DNA of 64,000 nt from Podarcis gaigeae (Eukaryota): assembly GCA_964106915.2 (NCBI GenBank), contig OZ066923.1. One strand, 5' to 3'. The translations under genes were made by a program, and so were the position numbers. The notes under the pieces are model-generated. The model had not been told where the DNA came from, ran no database searches, and was given only the letters and a program-made list of their open reading frames with translations. Positions 23,162-35,700 of the stretch are shown piece by piece; position 1 is the first letter of the stretch; each line of letters starts with the position of its first letter.

Positions 23162-24449
23162 ACCTCCGGAGCTTTCAGACATTTTTGCTTCACGCCCCGC
23201 AGGCAGAGAAAACAAACACTCTTTATATACTGAGCAACTTAACAACTTAACGAGCTTGACTACTTAAAGTCAGATAACATTGCTAACTTGCCAGCGTCTT
23301 AGGTTTCACACCCTAACAGTTTCCGTGTGCTGCTCTGGTTCGCCAGAAGCAGCTTAGTCATGCTGGCCACATGACCCAGAAAAACTGTGGATAAATGCCG
23401 GCTCCCTCGGCCTGTAAAGCAAGATGAGTGCCACAACCCCAGAGTCGTCCGCGACTGGACTTAATTGTCAGGAGTCCTTTACCTTTTTCTTATTTTTACT
23501 AACCTTTTCAGAGGAGACAAGGGGAGCTGAAGTGGGTAGAAGGGACTGGTGACAACTAGGTGAAAGGAAGTGTTTTCTGCCAGTGCAAAGCCGGTACTGG
23601 ATGCAGACCACAATAATTAAGTCTCAAATATTCTGCCATTAGCCAGGAGGTTAAGAAGAATGGCCTGTGCTCTGCCTTTGTTTGAGCATTCATTTCTCCA
23701 CAGCAACCAGTGGAGATGGAGGTCGCCATTCCTGTTTTTGTAATCTAACACAGGCACTGGTAAAAAGTTACTGCCAAGTGTGGTGGATGTTAAAGCAAAT
23801 AAAACAATGTGTTAACTCAATGGAACCAGGGGTTCCCATAGGACTAGAATGAAAAATAGCTTTCATCTGTCAGGCTGTTTCCTCTATTGCCTGGCAGAAC
23901 TTCAGCGATTGAAAAAAAATAAAATAGGCAAGTGGTATGACAACAGTACACATCAATTTTTAGGAGTTAGAAATGAATTAAGATAAAAGAATCAAGAAAA
24001 CTGACTCTGTGTCAGCTTTCAAGAAGTCACCAACTCCATCTAGTATGCCAGCTGAGACCCTACTTCCTGAACGTCACTCACAGAACTTGGGGGGGGGGGG
24101 CTCATTTAATTTTTCTGTTAGTGCACCTGTTAGTTACCTTCTACAACCTGTGAGAATCTAGCAGTCAGTATGTCCTCAATGTATCTCTGCAAAGCAGCTC
24201 CAAGGATTGTGTTCCGCAATTGCTTCTAGCTATTTCTACAACAAAGCCAATAGATACTGGGAAATGTGGTTATAGACCCATTGTAATTAAGGGGCCTGAA
24301 TTCATTAATTTCAGCGGGTATTCTCTGAGCGTGACTAATGCAAAATATGCAACTGATATAACCCACCCCAAAATTGTTGCATGCTTACCTCCTCACCACC
24401 TCTCCCAAAGAGCAAATCAGGATTATCTTTTTTTTTTTAAGAAAGAAGC

Positions 24450-24455
24450 TTTATT
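24450..24455 (-). terminator. Candidate C2CD5 polyadenylation signal AATAAA
   Basis: AATAAA on the minus strand ~1.3 kb after the stop codon; followed by a genomic A-run. Confidence 0.5.
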
Positions 24456-25744
24456 ATGCAAATAGGAATGTGATTTTCATCATTCTCATTTACAATGGAA
24501 TCTCTGAATTGGACAAATAATAGATAATTTCTGTACCTAGATCTAGCAAAATGTCATCTATTTACATTCAAGTTTACACCTTTTCTTCAAGTTCCACACT
24601 GGAGGCCATCAAAAACACTTCAGCTGGGCTCCTATATGGCCATGAGTGAGGGAAGAAGTGCATCCACAGGTTTTCAAAGTTTTTCCTACAGCTACTCATC
24701 AGTTGAAGAGGCAAGCCAGTTTTAATAAAAGTGGCATGCCTGTTCAGCCAAGTGATTGCTGCCACAGAAACTTTCAAAACATATTTCATGCTTCAGCATG
24801 CATTTATCTCCCCTATCCACGCATGCAAGTGTCTAGGATCGCATCTGTTAATAGCAGTTTCTCAGATCTACGGACTGTTATATTCTATCAAATCCCTCTG
24901 GGTGTGTCTAATCCTCTGTTTACTGCAGCAATCCTCATCTTCCTAGGTACCATATTTAACACCATCTGTGAGTGGTGGCCTTTCTAGAATACTGCTCTTT
25001 CTCCAAGTTTCCTTGTATTTGCAACCTGTGAAATCCAAAGCCCTGATTTCCTCTTCAGACGCAGCTAGGATTTCACAGACTTCAGATAGCAGGTTTTCAT
25101 CTACTGCTATTGTTCCAATAACAAAAAATGTCGATAGTTATCTGAACCAGTTATTTTATCATAATTCTATTTAACAATTTAAAATTAAAAAATGTACAAT
25201 AGAAAAATATCCAATAGTTCACAAACATGAAAAAACATATTTTAACATGCAGCTACATCCAGTCTGTCCAGTTCATGTGGGCGATGATTGTCACTAGTTC
25301 CAAAAGCGATGTTTACTTTGTATGTTGCGTATTTGGCAGTGCTGTTTGAACAGGCTTTTCCTTTGTCAAAACACATGGAGAGATTTGAATTTGTCAGCTA
25401 TATTCCAGTTGTAATATAAATCCTCTCTTCCTCCCTCTGAGAATGAGTAACATTTGTTTCTGATAGCTTCCAAGTAAGATTTTTTTTGTTCTGGCCCTAT
25501 AATATACAGGGCGATATCCTGATGACTTCAGTTCTGATGAACATCTGCTATTTTCAGTTCTTCCTTTAGACAGATGTTCTTTTGTGTGCACAGGGGCTCT
25601 TACGAAATCTGATGGACAGTATTTATGATTGCCTCAAAACGGAGCAGTCCTTAATATAAGGAGTGTTGCTGATTGAAAAGAAACAAATGAAAGCCATGGC
25701 ATCTGACACTTTGAAGATAACCTCGAGGTATAATTAAAGCCATT

Positions 25745-25885
25745 TCACTTCTTCATGTAACTTACAGCATCTTTTGAATTGGTAGGTTGAGAGCCATTTG
25801 TGGAGAGCTGGTTTGCTGCTCCTTCCAATTCCGATTCACGTATAAAGATTACTGCATCTCCGCTGACGTTTATTAGGCACTGTGC
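25745..25885 (-). CDS. C2CD5: C2CD5 last coding exon (AQCLINVSGDAVIFIRESELEG...SYMKK*)
   Basis: tttgcag acceptor, phase 0, matches the recalled C2CD5 C-terminus, TGA at 25745-25747. Confidence 0.92.
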   Translation of the reverse strand, partial: AQCLINVSGDAVIFIRESELEGAANQLSTNGSQPTNSKDAVSYMKK

Positions 25886-27392
25886 CTGCAAAGACAGAAA
25901 GCGGGCATCCAGTTATATATCTTCTGGACTTTAAACAGAACCTTATTGTTTACACAGAACTTTGAAATGTGCAAATAAATTCCTGCTACCGGACAAGGTC
26001 TTTGTACCTCCCTGCTGCCAGAAGCAGCCAAGTGCTGACAAAAAGTTTACAGATGAGCAGCTGCAGCAACGCTAGCAGAGAAGGAGCTTTCTGCAGATGG
26101 TTACAGCAGAGGCCAAAAGTAGTAGTACTAGCGATTCAGAAGCTTCTGACCACACAGATGGTTTCTGTGTGAAGTGGCCTGAGTAAATAATTATTTCCTC
26201 TCCACCTACACCAGCTCATTTTGTGAATATAGGGCCCTCCCTAACAGCCCCAACAAATAAACATTTGTTTTTCTCCAAGCTAAGGATGCTCAGCCTTTTC
26301 AGCCTCACTTTTCATGTGTTTCCCTTTCAATTTCTTTGAAAGCTGACACAGCAGAAAGCTACAAATTGACAATTCGCCAACGTCCTTTTTGGAATGGTAC
26401 ACATTGTTCAAAAGGCCTTTGGAGCCCAGTGCAATAAATGCAGCTGTTCCTTTTTTATCGGGATTTAAGACTCCTGTCCGTAAAAAGTGGGAATGTTATA
26501 TATATATTTTACCAAAACTGTGGTGTTTCTTGGAAAATGCAGCCCTCCGTTCCCTGTGCTTCTATTGCGACTTCACACACAAAAGGAGCCAAATCATGCA
26601 GCCACATTTATTAGCCAAGAATTCCAGTAGCTACAAACAAATGAAAAGTCTAATTGCTCCATTTTAAGGCCCAGGGGCTGTCACAAACCCTTTAAAGAAG
26701 GGGTGGGGGATCCTTTTGGACTTGTGAGCCAGACTGTCATCTGCCCCCACTCCCGTGTGCCAACTTTTGACAGGTGAGTGGGATAACCCACTCATCAATC
26801 ACTTGACATGGTGTGATTAACAGGTAGGTTGTTTACTTAGCAGGAGTTCTTGACTGTGTTGGAAAACAAGCCTTTCTCAGGCTCCTGGCTTGGTCTCCGG
26901 TGACCTCCCTGGCTGCAATCCCCGCAGGCTCCAGGCTAGGTCTCGGTAGGCGACACTTCCCAGCGTGGGAAGTGCACACCCACTCCCTGCTGCTTCCATA
27001 GCAGGGAAAGGAGATAGCCAGAAACGTCTATTTACATACTTTTATTTCTGACTTTGCAGCATTACAGAAAACATGTCCGATCACTTCAAACTTCAGCAAA
27101 CAAGTGAGAGAGACTTCCTGTACATACGCAAGAGGAAGGTCTCATATTACACACTGAGCAAATTCCGGTGAATTGCCCTGTGAACTGACTGTAACATTGT
27201 TTCCCACAGTCAGCCCCATCATGTGATGTAAACAAGCTGGCTGTCTGCAGCTGCGATGATCTCATATTGTAACAGACTGATTAGTTAGGAGAACCTTGCC
27301 TGAATGCCAGTACATTGCAAATGCTGTTAGGCTTCTCTAGTCCTTGACCGTTTATGTGCAGACATACAGTGTTCTCTTCAAGCACCATTTAC

Positions 27393-27539
27393 CTGATTTT
27401 TGTTTGGATTCTCCATGAACACGCACTGCTTCATGATGTAAGAGACAACGGCATTTCCCCCGAGAGCTGCCACGTGAGCCCTTACCATTGCAAAGACCTC
27501 AGCAATGAATGCATGAAGAAAACCGCTTACACCGCCCTC
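27393..27539 (-). CDS. C2CD5: C2CD5 exon (EGGVSGFLHAFIAEVFAMVRAHVAALGGNAVVSYIMKQCVFMENPNKNQ)
   Basis: AG/GT boundaries, 147 nt, phase 0-0. Confidence 0.95.
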
Positions 27540-28161
27540 CTATAAAACACACCAACAAGCATTTTAGTGGAAAGGCACTAGTAAAACCATCCCCAGCACT
27601 TACTGGTCTTTAGTTTCAAATTTATTCTAAACAAGTGAAAACTAATCAACAGTTGTTCCAAAAGAGTTGTGTCGTTTTTCTTAGTCTTCTAAAGCATCAT
27701 TCAGAGTTAACACATACTTTGAGAACTACTACTTCAAACCTCCAAGTAAACAGTCTGATTTATCAGCAAAAAAGCAATGAAAAACCACAAATAGCATTCA
27801 AAACCATACAAGGAACAGATGGGACTGTGTGACAATTTGCTTATAATAGCATACCTTATAATAGCATACCTGCATATTTTTCAAATTATCTAGCAGAGCT
27901 ATACTATGGATCTTTTCTGCAAGCACACAATCAAGGGCTGGGTTAATCTGCTAAAAAGAGCACCAAATTCAACTGTGCATTGGATTTTGCTTATAGTGAA
28001 GGTATATGGAGATATGATAATCTGGAATCTGCTCAAGCAAGATTTATGCCCTTTATTTTTCTGCTAATTCTGAATTGCTGAATCTCTTGCACCCAGCATA
28101 AATAAACCCCAAGATCAGCCATGTTAGCCATGAGAGAAAGGCGAACTCCAGCGCAGCTTAC

Positions 28162-28349
28162 CTCACGCAAAGAAGTGGTTTCTCGTATAAAAAACATGTT
28201 GATTATTCCAAGGTATTTGGTTATTTTTGCCCCAGCGATGAAAGAAAGAGGTGTCATCTTAACAACTGGCACAGTGGAACTCATGCCGGATGAGCCAGAA
28301 CGACGGGACTGTCCTTCTGTCAATGGACTTGGCTTGTCGAATGAAATGG
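28162..28349 (-). CDS. C2CD5: C2CD5 exon (..VVKMTPLSFIAGAKITKYLGIINMFFIRETTSLRE)
   Basis: AG/GT boundaries, 188 nt, phase 1-0. Confidence 0.95.
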
Positions 28350-29276
28350 CTACAAGTGGCAGAAGGGAGGAAGGAAAGAAGGGAGACAGACAGAGAATAA
28401 CTACTCAATATATGGACAGTTGCATCGGTAGCTCCAACAGATTAAGCCTTCTTCATGGTTTCCACATAGCTTGGTGACAACATTCAGCTGCCCGTGATGC
28501 TCAGCCATAGAAAAGAAATAACCATGCAGCACATGCAAACGAGAGACAAAAAGCTTGAATGGGATTTAATTTTGGAAGAAGAGTAGCATTCCTGCAAAAG
28601 AAAACACTGAGGCCAGCAGCTGCACATACAAATGATCAGTTATAAAGTGTGAAGACACAGGTAGTGCGGAGGGAGGGAGGGAGTGGTTGGGAAAGGTATC
28701 ACGATTTGGTAAAAATTTCTGCTAGAGGGAACGACAAAAAGTCTACAGGAAAGAGTGTGAAAGTTGACATGTTTCTCCAGTCCAGCATTTTTCAAATTTT
28801 GGACAAATTCTTCATTGCTGTCAGCTTCCAGGTAAATCTTCATCTTGGGTAACTAAAGCAAAAGTCATACCTGCAGCCATTGAACTACTTAAACAAAAAT
28901 TAAAAACTCACCACTTTGTAATTCAGTGATTGCTGCCACAAATATCATGCAGGTGATCCTTGCATAGTCTGAAGAATTTCACTGATGTATACATACACTT
29001 TCTGCCACACGGTATGTATACCTTTTAGTTGTACAATTCACAAGCCTATTTATCACCTATATATTTACTGGCAGTTTACTTTTGGAGCACAGAACAATGT
29101 GCTCCAAAATCAACCTGGCATTAATGTTTTCAAAAACAGACGCTGTGTGTCTGCAGCTTTCACACTCGGACACTGATTTTGCAATGCCACTACTGGGTAG
29201 GGAGCTCCACCGTTTGCCACTGAAAGATCAGAACTACGCTTCCAATGATCAGAATGTGGTAGAAATGACTGCCTAC

Positions 29277-29378
29277 TTGTCTTAATTGATCCACGCCTTA
29301 TGGTCTGAGCTTTCAGTTTAATGAATTCTATCCAGCTGTTGCATCTGTCTGCAAAGGAACTGTAATCAACTGATGTTG
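29277..29378 (-). CDS. C2CD5: C2CD5 exon, likely cassette (ATSVDYSSFADRCNSWIEFIKLKAQTIRRGSIKT)
   Basis: AG/GT boundaries, 102 nt, phase 1-1, long pyrimidine tract. Confidence 0.9.
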
Positions 29379-31232
29379 CTGGAAACACAGACAGAAAAAC
29401 AAAAGGAAAAACAAAGGAAAAAAATATGGGTGATGCCCCTTTGCCCATTGCAGTGCTCCTTCTGATGAATCAATTATTTGCATCCAAGAATAAGTGGTTT
29501 TCCAAGAAAACACAGTGCTTGCCTCTGCTTGGACATTACTGGTAGGACATGATTCACCGACGTAGTATGAACATCTAGAAACATCATCCCTACGATAAAT
29601 GCATACATGTCTTGTTTTATCCATTTCTACAGCAGTGAATTCAAAAGAGTACCTGCTGCAGTTTTCTGTAACAGTGCTTTCAGAGTGCTTGGCGGTGCTT
29701 CAAGAGATGCCCTTTTGGCAACTCTGATGATTCTGTGAATTATGTCCAACATTTTTGAAAGTTACAGTGCTTGGGATCACTGTGGAGGCTTCTACAAGGC
29801 AGCTCAAATTGAGCCTTCTGCTGTATGATGATCAGCAGGAAGATACTGCACAAGTACCTTCCATTCCCTAGATACACCAATTTCAGGCACTGGTCCAGAG
29901 CAGAAACTAGACAGGTCCACACAAACTGCCTAATGGGAGTCTGCAGGGCCACCAGCAGGGACTGCAAGGAAGCAGAGATCACATGAACAGATTCACAAAG
30001 TTGCTGCAATTTGCAAGAACGAATTGATCTGGAGGATCACTGTGACTGTACAAATCATGGCACCAGTGTACATGGTCCCCACATGCTGTTTTGTACAGCT
30101 CTCTCTTCAATGTGATCCCTGCTGGGTGAGAGCTTGCTGGCTGCAGTTTGAATGGGGTCTGCTGACTGTCTGAACCAGTGTGAAGTGCTCAGTGTTGTGA
30201 TATGTTTAGTTAATGAATACATCATGAAATGACCTGTACTGGACAAATATAAGTGGTGTGAATTACCCAGGTAACCTGATGTTGTGAATTCAGGTGCAAA
30301 CAGTGGTCAAATGGGACAGAGTCATTCAGCTCTGAGCACATATTTTTAAATATAAAGGATATTTTCACTATAATAAACAAAATAACTGGCACAGGGCTGC
30401 ATGAATGAGGGAACTCCCATATAATGTCCTTAGGATATCACACCTCACCCTCGACAGTATCCATGCCAGACAAATCTTTTAAACAAATAAATGAAAAGTA
30501 TTTGCACCCTTTTGGCAACAACTTTGATGTTTTGAATCCAACACCTGGGGTTGCTTGCATGGCCACTCAAACTCTTAAACCCAAGCTTATGAGCTTCCCG
30601 GACAAGCTCACTAGATCAAAAGTTCAGCAATTGTTTTCAGCTTTAATTTAAAAGTCACAGAACTCCTCCTGATAAGCAGGAAATAAAATATACTGCAGGT
30701 AAGCCCCTGTTTGTGCTGCTGAAACACCTCTTCCTTTTCAAGATCGTTACCCTTGCTTGCAGTGAAAATTGAAGGTTTGTCCGTCCCGTCCCCCCCCCCC
30801 CCCAGATTACTGAGTTTTCCTAGGCAGGCACCAAGACTGGTATCAAGAATTCCACAGCAGCATGCATTGTTTATGTATTAACTGATCTTTAGTTCCATCC
30901 CCTTCCAGTCCTCCGTAAAAAACAACAACTGAGGAATTCAATATAACATTAAAGGAAGATGAAGAACTGAACAACCAGTTATTCTGAAAATTGTTCTGGA
31001 AGACAAAGCGACAATATAAGACCACCCATCACTTCTAATTCTAGCTATCCCTAATGTATATAAAAACACTTTGATGAGCATATTCAGATATCAATAAGCC
31101 ACATCAGAGCATGCTTTCCAAGGCAACTGGTACATACTTCCTGAATGCTTGAAGCCACATCCCAAGTGTACCCCCAATAGAGCCAGGAATGCATCCCCTG
31201 TTCTGGCTTATAGCTAAATCAAGGAAACTCAC

Positions 31233-31274
31233 CTCTTTGGACAGCTGTGTGGGAACTTGCATTCTCCAGGTCCT
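31233..31274 (-). CDS. C2CD5: C2CD5 small exon, likely cassette (EDLENASSHTAVQR)
   Basis: ttattag acceptor and GTGAGT donor, 42 nt, phase 1-1, resembles recalled mammalian EHLESASS..AQR. Confidence 0.8.
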
Positions 31275-31930
31275 CTAATAAGACAAAATGAATTCCACTG
31301 ATATGACATAAGAAACATTAACTATATTAATACAGATTTTTATTTCATGTCAATTTTAAAGTGAGTAATCTGCTAGAGAAATCCCTGTGTTGTGTTTTCT
31401 GGTTTTATTTCACACAACAGTAACTTTGCACAACCTATTGTTCACAACAGAATACAGTAAACTTTGTACTACATTCAAGAGGGACTGATTTTTCTTGGCA
31501 AAGCGTCTTTGGATATCACCTTAAAAAGATTCTCTTCTAGTTCTATGGCCTTCCATACTTAGGAGGCTCTCTGTTTAAAAATAGCAAGGGATTGCAAATC
31601 TGAACTACAAGTACTAAAAAAAGAAGCATGTAGCCTGCGAAGTTGCTACATTTACTTCCTATGCTCCATAGAACCTAAATGTATAGAATGGCTATGCAAG
31701 AATAAGGGTTAATGCTTAACCTAACATGGAATAGGCAGCTAAACTGAAAAAGCAGAGGGAGCAAGGATTGATAATCACAGAATAGAAAAAGAAGAAACGA
31801 TAGAATGATGCACTTATGCATGTAGGTTATAAAAGCAGAGACTAAGTTCTAAAAATCTTGGAAAGAACAAAGTCTAAATATTTGACTTAGCCATTTTGCT
31901 CCCCTGCAGAAGCCAAGACTGAGCCCAACA

Positions 31931-31931
<1 letters not shown>

Positions 31932-31987
<56 letters not shown>

Positions 31988-31988
31988 A
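31932..31988. repeat. (AAAG)n microsatellite
   Basis: ~13-14 units. Confidence 0.95.
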
Positions 31989-32410
31989 AAGGAAGGGAAA
32001 ATCTTTGTTGCAAGTACAGTATGTAAAATTGACCCCACTAATTATTGGTGGGGAAATTTTAACAGCTAGTACAAGTGACACAGATTAAATTTATAAGGTG
32101 TGTAACCTTTTAAAAATTGTACATGATAAATTTCAAAATTTGTGGGACAGTTTCTCTCACAAAATTTTTGTCAGTGAAAGATCACAAGGAATGCTTTTTA
32201 CCTCTCAGAACTTAAAGCGGAAGCTGAGCATGCAGAACTCTTCTCTTTCTAAGTATCCCAAATGTTGGGAGCCAAATTACCTCTGTGAACTCTACCATAA
32301 GTGCATGGTATAATTACAGAACTGAAGCTTTAATATATAATCACAAATGCAAGGCTGCTGATAATCCCTGGACTTTTGTGAGCAGAATCTGGGATTCCTA
32401 AGAAACTATA

Positions 32411-32744
32411 CAGTGGTGCCCCGCAAGACGAACGCCTCGCAAGACGGAAAACCCGCTAGACGAAAGGGTTTTCCGTTTTGGAGGCGCTTCGCAAAACGAA
32501 TTTCCCTATGGCTTGCTTCGCAAGACGAAAATGTCTTGCGATTTCCTGTGGGTTTTTTCCCCTCCCCCCCCTTTTCCTAAGCCGCTTATCAGCTGATCCG
32601 CTGATAAGCCGCTTAACAGCTGATCGCTAAAAGCCGCTAAACCGCTAATAGCGCTAATCCGCTAAGCTGTCAATGGGAGACGAAAAAACCGCTATACGAA
32701 GAGCCTCACGGAACGGATTAATTTCGTCTTGCGAGGCACCACTG
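32411..32744. mobile_element. Tc1/mariner (Tigger-like) MITE
   Basis: 22-bp TIRs cagtggtgccYcgcaagacgaa with TA TSDs; CpG-rich, so probably young. Confidence 0.9.
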
Positions 32745-35700
32745 TATCTATACTGTATCTGCCTTTCTTCGTGGGGTAAGGGACTTTTATGTCCTGCACT
32801 GCTACCTAATGCTCCCCCTTCATAGCTTCTATGCTTCTCTTCTTCCCGTATGAATCTTCCTGTTACTGAATACTGACTCTGCTATAATTCTCCACTTTCC
32901 ACTAAAAGTGCCACTCCAATCAGGGTGCCCAATTCTAAGCCCTCATCACCACCATCATTGTTTCATACCCTGCAGTTTCATCACATGGTTCAAATCTGCT
33001 GAACTGTTTCTTTCCTATGAATTTCCTCTTCTCTTTCAAACATGATCTTTATTGTTCATTTCTATTTTGTCCTCAGTCAGGTTCCCGCCCCCTCCACCCT
33101 TTGATTGAGTCTTGTTTTTAGAAGCCTAGCATGGGGTGTACTCATTTGTAGCCAAGTAATTTATTACTCAAGCTCTTCTGTAAGAACTGCAGGCTAACAA
33201 CAGAACATTTTTAAAAAGCCTATCTCAACTGTTTCTAGCAATGGAGGCATGTGCCCTGACTGGCATGTATCCAATTATCTTTTGCATTGTTATCATTTCT
33301 ATACCACATTCTTTCTTCTTCTGAGTCCAACAGACCCAAAATTAGTTATGTCTTGTTCAAATGAAATAAATTCTAATCCAGGAAGCTTGTGTTTACCTTC
33401 ATAATATTTAAGAGAGCTCATCATAATTATTTTCAGATGAGCTCTCTTATTTTCAGAACTTTTTCACCAGGGTGCTGACATCTGTAAGTTGGTCTATCAG
33501 TTCACAGGGCAACAAGATAGGAATCCAAAAGGTGACTACATTTGAACTCCCTGGCATAACCCATGATCTGCCACATATTCATCCCACACAAACTAACCCA
33601 TAATAGTATAGACTACAGCGCCCTAGAAGCATGAAACAGGAATGACCAAGGTAAACCAGGCTCAAGAAAGAACTGAAAATTTGTTAATGGTCCTCAGGTA
33701 AGCATGCAAAGAAGAAACTGGAAAATTGACAAAGAAATATATGTTTGTAATAAAAGAACAATCAGCCGCAAGTCTGAACCTCACAAAACCTCTGGAACTT
33801 ACTGACATATCACATGCTGACATCTGTTCTAGCATGAAAAAGCCACAAATTTCTCTCATCAGATTTCTAAATACTGCATAAAGGCTTCCACTAAGCAAAA
33901 TCAGACTGAAGACAGATGGCAAGTTTTGTTTTTGTGTGTTGCTGTTTGTTAGTTCTTTAGTGCCATGGTTGTCTCTGATCAAGCAAGTTTTGCAGGTTTA
34001 TGAACTGCTCTGGTTTGAAATGGCTGACTGTGGGGAAAGCAAACACATAGGACAGGCAACCATGGCTGTAATAAACTATTTTCAACACATACACACACAC
34101 CCAAATGAAAGGATGTCTCCAGCCCCAGACTACCAGCCTTATTCTGCTCTCCAAGGTGCTGATTTTGCAAAGAGCATCATAAAAGCAAACCTCTCTATGC
34201 ACAAACGGAGGCAACAACCCCCAGAACGAGGGCTTCATATAGGTTACAGACATTAAGCTACATGGATATTTCATATGATTGTATACAGTTCTCTACTGAG
34301 AAACTTTTATATTCACTCTGAATGAAAAAATGCTCCCTAGTCATTATGTAAGCAGCATTTTAAAATATCTCTTTATATTTTATGTATATTATTGTCATTG
34401 GGTGCTGGCTATCTAACAAGCTTTTCCAGGTGTTCAAATGCTGCTATGCTAAAGAAAATCTGGTTTGATTACTATAGGATCAATGCAACACAATTGTTAC
34501 TACAGTTTAAATCAAGTGTCAGTGAACCAATTTTTGCTTGAGAGTCACATCCCCCCTTGGCCAACCACCTGGAGGGCTCAAACCACCAGTGGGTGCAGCT
34601 AGGCACTTTGTGGCAACCTCTCCCTATGTTCATTTATGGAGCATCAGCTGCCTTGAGACAGTGGATCCCAATAAAGCCAGCCTCCCTCGTCCCTCGCTTT
34701 TCCCAACAGTAAAGGAGACAAAAGACATTAGAAACCACTGCTCTGAGCAGTTGCTGAGGAGGGAGGTAGGTAGGATATCACAAGCAGCAGAGACAAATGG
34801 TTTCCCAATCTCCTCTGATACTTTCAAAGAGCTGCCCACCTCCTTTGCCTATGCTGAACGCAGCTGTTGCCAGAGGCAGTGCTCTGACTGTCACTTTTAG
34901 ACAGTCAGAGACAAGTTGGCAGGCTGGTGGATTGAATCTGACCCGTGGGCCACTGGTTACCTCACCACGGTTGAAGTAATTTCTACAAATCAATGTAAAT
35001 CATGTCAGTTCTTTATGGAAGAACACGGTTTAACTACACTATTTCACTAACTTAATCTGCACTTCTGTCAACCATAAAAAGGTTATGTTTCAGCCCAGGC
35101 TGGAGAATCTTAAGCCAGGAGAATAAATTTCCCCTATTTTGCATGTGTGCCCTTGGCAACTCTTTATTAGTGCAGCTATACACTAGCCCAGCACCATCAA
35201 CATGGGTTATGTCAACTAGGGCTCATTTTATCCACATGACAACAGCAAAGCAAAGACTGACACTAAAGGAGCTATAACCAATCCTTGCTGCCTGATGATT
35301 GTGCACATATGATGTGCTTGTAAACACAAATTTGTCATATAAACACTTTGCATTTTTACGGATACATTTTAAAATTGCGTATGAAACAGTGCTAGGTGTG
35401 GGGCTTTGAAGGAAGCTAGGAACAAAAAAGTGATGGGGAGGGGCCAAACTAAACACACATCAGGTGTTATTGGACTATAGATTTCCTAGACAGACATGCC
35501 TGCTTAGCTAGTGTCAACACACCACAGCAATACTTGCTGTGTGCATGCAACTCTAGAGAAAAGTCATGTGTGTATCTGTGTGAAAAGTCAAAGTGAAAAA
35601 AGAATTTCATGTCCCAGTTTTTGCTTTCTGGGAGGGGTTTTTTTTTCTTGTAATGTGCAACAATAAGAATGCAACAATATGAATAAAAGAATGTCTGCAC

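Larger units (their letters stand above)
18958..23318 (-). mobile_element. Solo LTR (~350 bp net: 18958-18973 plus 22744-23318, minus the Penelope insert)
   Basis: 5-bp TSD GTTTC (18953-18957, 23319-23323); minus strand begins TGTTAGGG and contains TATATAAA (~23222-23229) and AATAAA (~22899-22904); ends TA rather than CA. Confidence 0.75.
18763..23488 (+). mobile_element. Sauria SINE split into 18763-18957 and 23319-23488 by a 4.36-kb nested insertion
   Basis: Halves join seamlessly at the duplicated GTTTC; outer flank repeat ctaaccttt. Confidence 0.92.

Noticed and set aside
28640-28890. Possible C2CD5 microexon TTCAATGGCTGCAG|gtatga and neighbouring ORF
   Set aside because: 14 nt is frameshifting, and the next AG is too close to form an intron
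29400-30250. Coding-looking intronic stretch with short ORFs
   Set aside because: Frames are interrupted by stops, with no compatible splice sites or homology identified
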